The notes below the pieces were generated by a model, which had not been told where the DNA came from, searched no databases, and saw only the letters and a program-made list of their open reading frames with translations. A stretch of 64,000 nucleotides of DNA, taken from IMG/VR virus record IMGVR_UViG_3300008262_000013; one strand, 5' to 3'. The position numbers and the translations under genes were made by a program. The DNA comes from a virus. Taxonomy: Duplodnaviria > Caudoviricetes. Positions 40,020 to 47,160 of this stretch are shown piece by piece (within the stretch, counting starts at the first letter, position 1; every line of letters starts with the position of its first letter).

Positions 40020-41027
40020 ATGTTTGATATCAATACCCTCGATCCGTCTAAAGTTACCTTTGGACATTTCACAACACCTGGTGTAAAATTTATCGATAGA
40101 AAAATAATTCCTATTGATAAAATTTATGTTCCACCAATCAAAGACAATCCTGTTAGAAAAAAAGGTAAAAACTATAATAACATCCAAAGATTATCTGAAT
40201 CTTTTAGAAACGGAATAAGTTACGCACAATGTCCTCCGTTGGTGCGTGAGAAGGTGCAACAAATTGATGGCCACATTTATGAATATGAATTGGTTGCAGG
40301 ACAACACCGTTGGGAAGCTTTTATGATTCTTGGATATACTATGTGGATTTTTGATGTATATGAAATCACTGGTAACAAATATTCTACTTATGAAGATTCA
40401 TTACGAACACTACAATTGAAAGAAAACGATCATGCTCCACACCAAGAAACAAGTGAAGATGATGCTGTAAACATTATATGTCGTCTTTTGGATAGAATGT
40501 CGAAAATTGTAGCACCAAACTCCGACAGTATTCGTGCGTACTTGGATGCACACTGCAAGAATATGCATCATAACACTAAAGCAAAAGTTGTTCGTGATGT
40601 TGTTCGTAATATGCAAAAAAATGGAGTTTCAGTTTATTCTGATATTGTTACCTATACTGCAAGTGACGTTAATGGTTTTGTTCAGAAAAAAACTAACTAT
40701 GTAACACAAGGTGAATTTGATAAGAAAAGAAATTCATATGGTTGGTCGGTTTTAGAAGGTTATGAATATGAATATGTTATGAGTGCAGCTAAAAAGTTTT
40801 CTGAAACAGGATCACCTTCATATTTTATTTGTCACACAAAATCACCTACAGAAAAATATCCTTTGGATGAAAAGCGTGAGAAAATGATGATGCAATTCCA
40901 AAAACTTGAAACTGCTCTGTTGGATGTTATGAAATATTATGAAGAAAACAAATCTTTTCCGTGGAAAGTTGAAGGTTTTCTACCACAAGACGTTAAAGCT
41001 GGTGAAGAAACTTTAATTAAAGTTTGA
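40020..41027 (+). CDS. ParB/Srx-like N-terminal domain protein
   Basis: 'IPIDKI...NPVR...L-x-x-SF...PPLV...YELVAGQHRWEA' resembles the ParB/DGQHR signature. Confidence 0.55.
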   Translation: MFDINTLDPSKVTFGHFTTPGVKFIDRKIIPIDKIYVPPIKDNPVRKKGKNYNNIQRLSESFRNGISYAQCPPLVREKVQQIDGHIYEYELVAGQHRWEAFMILGYTMWIFDVYEITGNKYSTYEDSLRTLQLKENDHAPHQETSEDDAVNIICRLLDRMSKIVAPNSDSIRAYLDAHCKNMHHNTKAKVVRDVVRNMQKNGVSVYSDIVTYTASDVNGFVQKKTNYVTQGEFDKKRNSYGWSVLEGYEYEYVMSAAKKFSETGSPSYFICHTKSPTEKYPLDEKREKMMMQFQKLETALLDVMKYYEENKSFPWKVEGFLPQDVKAGEETLIKV

Positions 41028-41052
41028 CAAACAGTTCTTTTTTTGTTATAAT
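41024..41052 (+). promoter_or_regulatory. sigma70-type promoter
   Basis: TTGACA-17-TATAAT with extended TG, upstream of gp44. Confidence 0.8.
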
Positions 41053-41079
41053 ATATTATGATTTATGTGAAAGGTGATT

Positions 41080-42015
41080 ATGGAACATTTGTTGTGGACA
41101 GAAAAGTATCGCCCTCAGACGGTTCAGGATTGTATTCTTCCGGAACGTCTGAGGCAACCTTTTCAGGAATACGTCAATCAAAAGACAATACCCAATTTAC
41201 TGTTGAGTGGCGGAGCGGGCGTAGGCAAGACGACCGTAGCCAAAGCAATGTGCAACGAAATCGGTTGCGACTTCATGATAATCAATGGTTCTGATGAAAG
41301 TGGCATTGATACTTTTAGAACCAAGATAAAGAATTATGCTTCTTCAATGTCATTTGCTGGTGGTCGTAAGGTCATTATCATCGATGAAGCAGACTATCTA
41401 AATCCAAATTCAACTCAACCGGCTTTGCGTAATGCAATTGAAGAATTTGCAGGCAACTGCTCGTTCATTTTTACTTGTAATTACAAAAATCGAATCATTG
41501 AACCATTGCATAGTCGTTGCGCTGTAATTGATTTTGGTCTAAAGAACGGTGAAAAGATCAAGATGGCCTCTCAGTTCCACAAGAGAATTGAGATGGTTTT
41601 GCAAAGTGAAAATATTGACTATGATAAGACAGTTGTTGCTGAACTTATCAAGAAACACTTTCCAGATTTTCGCCGTGTAATAAATGAATTGCAAAGATAT
41701 TCTCAGTTCGGAAAGATTGACACTGGTATTCTTGCACAGATCGGTGATGTATCTCTAAAAGAGATTGTAAAACATATTACTGAAAAAGATTTTACTGCTA
41801 TTCGTAAATGGGTTGGTACAACTGAAATTGATGGTAATACTTTGTATCGTAAACTTTACGATTCACTATATGATGTAATGAAACCAAATTCAATACCAAA
41901 AGCTGTTTTGATTCTTGCAGACTATCAATATAAACAAGCCTTTGTTGCTGACCAAGAAATTAATATGGTCGCTTGTTTGACTGAACTAATGGTTGAATGT
42001 GAATTCACAAAGTGA
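41080..42015 (+). CDS. gp44: Clamp loader large subunit gp44
   Basis: 'LWTEKYRP', 'GAGVGKTT', 'IIDEADY', 'SRC', 'FPDFRR'. Confidence 0.96.
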   Translation: MEHLLWTEKYRPQTVQDCILPERLRQPFQEYVNQKTIPNLLLSGGAGVGKTTVAKAMCNEIGCDFMIINGSDESGIDTFRTKIKNYASSMSFAGGRKVIIIDEADYLNPNSTQPALRNAIEEFAGNCSFIFTCNYKNRIIEPLHSRCAVIDFGLKNGEKIKMASQFHKRIEMVLQSENIDYDKTVVAELIKKHFPDFRRVINELQRYSQFGKIDTGILAQIGDVSLKEIVKHITEKDFTAIRKWVGTTEIDGNTLYRKLYDSLYDVMKPNSIPKAVLILADYQYKQAFVADQEINMVACLTELMVECEFTK

Positions 42016-42299
42016 ACAATTTATTTTTCGACATATGGAAGTGGATAAAAAATGACTTTAACTCATATCCTTTTCGCTTTGCTGCCGAGCTTTTTGCTTG
42101 GGTCATCAGTATTGGGTGTAGTGTTATCATGGCATTTACCGTACCAGATCCTCCCCTTATGGTTTTATATCCTATGTGGATTACTGCTTGTGCTGTCTAT
42201 GCTTGGGCTGCTTACACTCGTAAGAGTTTTGGAATGCTTGCCAACTATATCTTGTTGACAGCCATTGATACTGTTGGTTTAGCTAGAATGGTTTTTTGA
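42012..42299 (+). CDS. Small three-helix membrane protein
   Basis: Three hydrophobic segments in 95 aa; GTG start overlaps the gp44 stop. Confidence 0.6.
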   Translation: MNNLFFDIWKWIKNDFNSYPFRFAAELFAWVISIGCSVIMAFTVPDPPLMVLYPMWITACAVYAWAAYTRKSFGMLANYILLTAIDTVGLARMVF

Positions 42300-42308
42300 A
42301 AGTGAAAT

Positions 42309-43481
42309 ATGTCCGATTTTGATGATGATATAGCTCCTCTACGTGCTAGATTTAATAGACTTTCTAAAAGTTTTAGAAAGAAACGTGAGAAAAGAAAATA
42401 TGACTTTGAAAGGAAAAGTGAAGTGGGCAGAAAATATAATGATGGTTTAGTTTTTACAAGTGATGAAGATACTGATTTTTCGGCAGTAGAGCAACGTCCA
42501 GAATTTTTCTTAAGTGGTGTTTCACTCAATGATCACTATATTTCCAAGATCGTTGATGAAAGAACTCGACTTGGTTTAAAAACAATTTCCGATAAACAGA
42601 TTTATGTTGCTGATTATAAATCATGGATTTCCTTTTCTAGAAAAGCTTATACTGATCTACAGATCATTGAGTTTAGTAAAGATGCCGGCCTTATCATAGA
42701 TAGAAAAGAAGTGGGGTTCATAGACTATTCTGTAAACTCAAACTCTGTTGAAATTAAAATCTGCGGTAGTTTGGAGTTTGTTGAGTTTCACAAAAAACTT
42801 ATCTCGAAGAATTTTCATACTGCTACTTGTCACATCGAATGGATTTATTCTGGTGATGGCAGTTCTGTTCAAATTCCTTTGACAGCGGACCGTTTGCCCA
42901 TTGCTGAAATGTATCCTTTTTTGAAAGATGAAACTATTGGAAATTACTATGATAGATTCATGGAATCTTCAGCATCGATTCTACTTTTGATTGGTCCACC
43001 AGGAACAGGTAAGACAACTTTTATTCGTGGTCTATTGCATCATCTAAAGAAAAATGCTGTTGTAACTTATGATGAAAAAATTCTTGAAAGAGATTTCGTG
43101 TTTGCTCGTTTTCTTGAAGATGATGCTAGTGTAATGGTTATCGAAGATGCAGATAATTTTCTAATGTCTCGTAAAGAAGGTAATACAATGATGCATCGTT
43201 TCCTAAACGTAGGCGATGGTCTTGTAGGCATTCAAGGTAAGAAATTAATTTTCTCTACCAACCTACCATCTGTAAAAGATATTGATCCTGCTTTGATTCG
43301 TGCTGGTCGTTGCTTTGATATTCTTCATTTTGAAAATTATAATGAAGAACAAGCTAAGAAGATTGCTAAGAAATTCAAAGTTGAATTTAACAAAAAATCT
43401 GAAGGTGATTACTCTCTTGCAGAAATCTTTCATTCTCAAAATAAGACACCGAAGGTTGAAACTAAAATTGGGTTCTACTGA
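42309..43481 (+). CDS. AAA+ ATPase (C-terminal ATPase domain)
   Basis: 'GPPGTGKT', 'VIEDAD', 'FSTN', 'DPALIRAGRCFD'. Confidence 0.85.
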   Translation: MSDFDDDIAPLRARFNRLSKSFRKKREKRKYDFERKSEVGRKYNDGLVFTSDEDTDFSAVEQRPEFFLSGVSLNDHYISKIVDERTRLGLKTISDKQIYVADYKSWISFSRKAYTDLQIIEFSKDAGLIIDRKEVGFIDYSVNSNSVEIKICGSLEFVEFHKKLISKNFHTATCHIEWIYSGDGSSVQIPLTADRLPIAEMYPFLKDETIGNYYDRFMESSASILLLIGPPGTGKTTFIRGLLHHLKKNAVVTYDEKILERDFVFARFLEDDASVMVIEDADNFLMSRKEGNTMMHRFLNVGDGLVGIQGKKLIFSTNLPSVKDIDPALIRAGRCFDILHFENYNEEQAKKIAKKFKVEFNKKSEGDYSLAEIFHSQNKTPKVETKIGFY

Positions 43482-43864
43482 TGAGTCCGTTCGATTATGT
43501 AAACCAGATTCTACAAGGTAAAAAGAATCTAATTGTCGATGAAGTAACTGAGAAGGAATATTCTCCATTTCTGACTAATCGCAGTCTATCCTACCATATG
43601 GACTGCTTAATGTTTGCAAATGAGATGAATTCTAGACACTTCATCGACAAAAAGATGCAGAATGATTTTTTACTAAATACCATAAGGTCAAGAAAGAGGC
43701 CTTTTGCGAAGTGGGCTAAATCTGAAAAAAGTGAAGATATAGAATGTATACAACAAGTCTATAACCTTTCATCCACGAAAGCCAGAGAAGTTTTACGTCT
43801 ACTGAGCAAAGAACAAATTCAATTCCTAAAACAAAAAATAGAAACTGGTGGATTGAGGAAATGA
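43481..43864 (+). CDS. gp62: Clamp loader small subunit gp62
   Basis: 'MSPFDYVN', 'YSPFLTNRSLSYHMD', 'RKRPFAKW'. Confidence 0.9.
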   Translation: MSPFDYVNQILQGKKNLIVDEVTEKEYSPFLTNRSLSYHMDCLMFANEMNSRHFIDKKMQNDFLLNTIRSRKRPFAKWAKSEKSEDIECIQQVYNLSSTKAREVLRLLSKEQIQFLKQKIETGGLRK

Positions 43865-43865
43865 C

Positions 43866-44267
43866 ATGGTAGATATTAATAAATTCGTAGAAGTGCAGTT
43901 GCAGGAACAAGATGATTTTTTGAAAGTGAGAGAAACTCTAACTAGAATTGGAGTTTCTTCCAGAAAAGAAAAAGTGTTATACCAATCTTGCCATATATTG
44001 CATAAACAAGGTAAGTACTATATCGTACATTTTAAAGAGTTATTTGCACTTGATGGTAAACCATCAAACATTACTGAGAATGATATACAAAGACGTAATG
44101 CGATTGCCAATTTACTTGAAGAATGGGGTTTAGTTAAGATTTTAAATAGAAAAGTAATTGAAGATAATCTGGCTCCGATACATCAAATTAAAATTATTTC
44201 TTTTAAAGAAAAAGATGATTGGGAACTTATACCTAAGTATAACATAGGTAAAAAAGAAAAAGATTAA
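43866..44267 (+). CDS. regA: Translational repressor RegA
   Basis: 'DDFLKVRETLTRIG', 'LYQSCHILHKQGKYYIVHFKELF'. Confidence 0.96.
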   Translation: MVDINKFVEVQLQEQDDFLKVRETLTRIGVSSRKEKVLYQSCHILHKQGKYYIVHFKELFALDGKPSNITENDIQRRNAIANLLEEWGLVKILNRKVIEDNLAPIHQIKIISFKEKDDWELIPKYNIGKKEKD

Positions 44268-44274
44268 AATTCAT

Positions 44275-44303
44275 TTGACTTTTTTAAAGAGTTACTATAT
44301 AAT
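44275..44303 (+). promoter_or_regulatory. sigma70-type promoter
   Basis: TTGACT-17-TATAAT. Confidence 0.75.
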
Positions 44304-44323
44304 ATAGATTATGGTGATAAAAA

Positions 44324-44503
44324 ATGAAAGAAAAGATTACACGTTTAGTAAACAAATATACTAAAGAAGAAGTATATACTAGAGATTACGATGATTTTGT
44401 TAGAGAGGGCACCAATGAATTTATTCGTGTCTTTCAAAAATTAAATCCTCAAAGAACTTTTTTGGTGAATCGACAAGCATTTGTGGTCGCCAAAGAGTCG
44501 TGA
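44324..44503 (+). CDS. 59-aa hypothetical protein not in the ORF track
   Basis: MKEKITRLVNKYTKEEVYTRDY...VVAKES*, open between the promoter and the hsp20 leader. Confidence 0.55.
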   Translation: MKEKITRLVNKYTKEEVYTRDYDDFVREGTNEFIRVFQKLNPQRTFLVNRQAFVVAKES

Positions 44504-44555
44504 TGCCTAACGGGTCACGTTTTTATTAACTTGCTTATTTAAGGAGAAATATATG
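44500..44555 (+). promoter_or_regulatory. ROSE-like RNA thermometer in the hsp20 leader
   Basis: Upstream hairpin, then CTTGCTT pairing with AAGGAG (SD) with a bulged G. Confidence 0.65.
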
Positions 44556-45044
44556 ACAGTAGGACGTATTGCTTTTGGACCTTTGTTCCATCAAACTCTT
44601 GGTTTTGAAAATTTTCTACGTGATGTGGAAAAAATGTTGGGTGAAGAAGTAAAGCCTTCAACTTTCCCACACCATAATATTATTAAAGTTGATGATAGTC
44701 GTTATATCGTTGAACTAGCTGTAGCTGGTTTCTCGAAAGATGAAATTGAAATTACAAGACAAGAGGGTTCATTAAAGATTGTAGGAATGAAACAGAATGA
44801 AGATATGGGTCAAGCTACATATCTACATCGTGGCATTGCTACACGTTCATTCACTAAAAATATTACCATTGCTGATACTGTTGAAGTACATAGTTCAGAA
44901 ATCAAAGATGGTATTTTACGTATTGGTCTTATCAATGTTATTCCAGAACATAAGAAACCAAAACGTATTGAAATTGGAAGTGAACTAAAGTTCTTTGAGC
45001 CAACACTTCTTCAAGAAAACAAAAAAGAAGTAAAAGCAGCTTAA
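44553..45044 (+). CDS. Small heat-shock protein Hsp20 (IbpA-like)
   Basis: 'FPHHNII', 'ELAVAGFSKDEIEI', 'YLHRGIATRSF', 'DGILRI-x-L', 'IPEHKKPKRIEI'. Confidence 0.93.
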   Translation: MTVGRIAFGPLFHQTLGFENFLRDVEKMLGEEVKPSTFPHHNIIKVDDSRYIVELAVAGFSKDEIEITRQEGSLKIVGMKQNEDMGQATYLHRGIATRSFTKNITIADTVEVHSSEIKDGILRIGLINVIPEHKKPKRIEIGSELKFFEPTLLQENKKEVKAA

Positions 45045-45047
45045 AAC

Positions 45048-45068
45048 ATGGGGCCTTTGGCCCCATTT
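45048..45068 (+). terminator. GC-rich hairpin after hsp20
   Basis: ATGGGGCC-TTT-GGCCCCAT with a short T tail. Confidence 0.5.
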
Positions 45069-45083
45069 ATGGAGAAAATCTAT

Positions 45084-45272
45084 ATGATGAAAAAAGATAA
45101 AAGCTTTCGTTTACCGAAAGAAACAAAACGTTTACTCGCTACAATGTCGAAAGAAAAGCGAAGTGACTTCAAAAACCTAATGATAAAGGGTATTATCTTA
45201 GGATCAGTTGAACCACCTAGAGAAAAAAGAAAACACAAAACTAAAATTGTTCAGGCTGAGACTGAAGAATGA
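45084..45272 (+). CDS. Small basic hypothetical protein
   Basis: SD GGAG before ATG 45084; 'FRLPKETKRLLATM'. Confidence 0.5.
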   Translation: MMKKDKSFRLPKETKRLLATMSKEKRSDFKNLMIKGIILGSVEPPREKRKHKTKIVQAETEE

Positions 45273-45784
45273 AACAAAAGTTCATTCGGGCTCATATGAA
45301 AGTGGCTGAAGTTTATGCTCAGTTATCTTCAGCTGAACGATTGAAAGTTGGTGCTGTTATTGTCAAAGAAGATACGATCATAGGTATAGGTTACAACGGC
45401 ATGCCATCAGGTTGGATAAACGCCTGTGAAAAAAAAGAATACATGCCAGTTGATAATGTAGATAAATTAAATGTTGAAGAAATAGAACAACAGTGGCCAT
45501 ATGAAGATCGTGGCAAAAGATATAAATTGATCACAAAAGATGAAGTTATTCATGCAGAATCAAATGCCATTTCTAAAGTAGCCAAATCTACAAATTCAAC
45601 AGAAGGTTCTTATCTATTTGTCACTCATGCTCCGTGTATTCATTGTGCTAAACTTATACACCAATCTGGAATAATTAGAGTCTTTTATAAAGAAGCGTAC
45701 AGAGATGATAGTGGTTTAAAATTTTTAGAAAAGTGTGGTATAAAGGTGATGAAAATTTCAGATGACTATATTCTTCAGAATTAA
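45269..45784 (+). CDS. dCMP deaminase
   Basis: 'KVGAVIV', 'GYNG', 'HAESNAI', 'PCIHCAK'. Confidence 0.93.
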   Translation: MKQKFIRAHMKVAEVYAQLSSAERLKVGAVIVKEDTIIGIGYNGMPSGWINACEKKEYMPVDNVDKLNVEEIEQQWPYEDRGKRYKLITKDEVIHAESNAISKVAKSTNSTEGSYLFVTHAPCIHCAKLIHQSGIIRVFYKEAYRDDSGLKFLEKCGIKVMKISDDYILQN

Positions 45785-45799
45785 AATAAGGTGAAAAAT

Positions 45800-46258
45800 A
45801 TGTTAGTGTTACCCGATAATATGATAGGAAAACCTGTAGGTTTTACCTGTTCTACTTTCGACCTTCTTCATGCAGGTCATATATTGATGCTTGCAGAATG
45901 TAAACAAATTTGTGATTATCTAATTGTAGGATTACAAACTGATCCAACCGTTGATAGACCAGGAACAAAAAATAAACCAGTTCAAAGTATCGTAGAAAGG
46001 TTTGTCCAATTATCTGCTGTTGAATTTGTTGATGAGATTATTGTGTATGAAACGGAAAAAGATTTAGAAGATTTGTTAATGTTTCTTCCTATCACTATCA
46101 GAATTTGTGGTGAAGAATATAAAGATAAACATTTAACAGGAAAAGATATATGTGATGTAAGAGGAATAAAAACATATTATAATTCAAGGACACATAGATT
46201 TAGTTCTTCTGAATTGAGGCAAAGAACTTATGAATCTGAAATGAGGAAAATACTATGA
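45800..46258 (+). CDS. Cytidylyltransferase (TagD-like, HxGH)
   Basis: 'FDLLHAGH', 'LIVGLQTDP', 'ER...VDEI', 'SSSELR'. Confidence 0.85.
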   Translation: MLVLPDNMIGKPVGFTCSTFDLLHAGHILMLAECKQICDYLIVGLQTDPTVDRPGTKNKPVQSIVERFVQLSAVEFVDEIIVYETEKDLEDLLMFLPITIRICGEEYKDKHLTGKDICDVRGIKTYYNSRTHRFSSSELRQRTYESEMRKIL

Positions 46259-46623
46259 CTAAAGTATTCACGGATGTGGCAACGTTTATGCTGGCTGGAG
46301 AACAAACTGTTGGTAAAGATAATAACGAACAGGCAGAGTTGTACTTGAATTTGATTAGAGAAGAATACCAAGAACTATTAGATGCTAGGCAATTAACCGA
46401 TGATGTCTTGACAATTGACGCATGTTTTGATACAATATGGGTCATCGTTGGTTATATGTTATCTAGAGGTTGGAGTTGTGAAAGAATCTGGGATGAGGGT
46501 GCCTTAAGTAATCTAAGAAAGATTGATAGGAAAACTCAGAAGATTTTAAAAAGAGAAGATGGTAAGATATTGAAACCCGAAGGTTGGCAACCACCAGATT
46601 TTACTAAATTTATTAATAAGTGA
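46255..46623 (+). CDS. MazG-like all-alpha NTP pyrophosphohydrolase
   Basis: 'LIREEYQEL...DACFD', 'SN-x-x-K', 'REDGKILKPEGW-x-PPD'. Confidence 0.8.
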   Translation: MTKVFTDVATFMLAGEQTVGKDNNEQAELYLNLIREEYQELLDARQLTDDVLTIDACFDTIWVIVGYMLSRGWSCERIWDEGALSNLRKIDRKTQKILKREDGKILKPEGWQPPDFTKFINK

Positions 46624-46633
46624 GGAGCAATAA

Positions 46634-46858
46634 ATGCTAAACGAAGTAATCAAAAAACTGTTGAGTGATAACACAAAACTTCCTAAGGCTTATAAGTATG
46701 ATCTCTTTTATCGGGATTATGATGATAAGGTTGAGCTCATTGGCTTGGTTGATGATCCAACCTATGATATGAAAGACTTTGTGGGTAGAGAGATGCTCTT
46801 TCCCAAGCGTTGGCTGACGCTTGATGTATATGATTCTAAAATGGAGATCAAAGTATAA
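46634..46858 (+). CDS. Hypothetical protein
   Basis: SD GAGGAG; coupled to the next gene. Confidence 0.55.
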   Translation: MLNEVIKKLLSDNTKLPKAYKYDLFYRDYDDKVELIGLVDDPTYDMKDFVGREMLFPKRWLTLDVYDSKMEIKV

Positions 46859-47160
46859 TGACAATAAAATTAATTACATTCAAAACAAATCACACGGTGT
46901 TAGCAAAAGTTTTAGATGAGGGTGATATCGGTGTTATTATAAAAGAACCTGTGCAAGTGGTTTCTATTCCTCCATCAGCTTCCAATCAAGAAGGTGGTAT
47001 TGCTTTCTCTCCTTTCTTAGAGTATAGTGAAGAATTTAAAACTGGAATTGTAATAAAAAATAGTGATATTCTTACTATCAATAGTCCAATTGTTGACCTT
47101 GAAAATCAATATAACAGAATTTTTGGATCGGGTATTCAAATCGCATCTAGCATTTCTTAA
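46858..47160 (+). CDS. Conserved hypothetical protein (Sm-like fold suspected)
   Basis: Beta-rich 'IKLITFKT...IKEPVQV...AFSPF' directly before the polymerase. Confidence 0.55.
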   Translation: MTIKLITFKTNHTVLAKVLDEGDIGVIIKEPVQVVSIPPSASNQEGGIAFSPFLEYSEEFKTGIVIKNSDILTINSPIVDLENQYNRIFGSGIQIASSIS

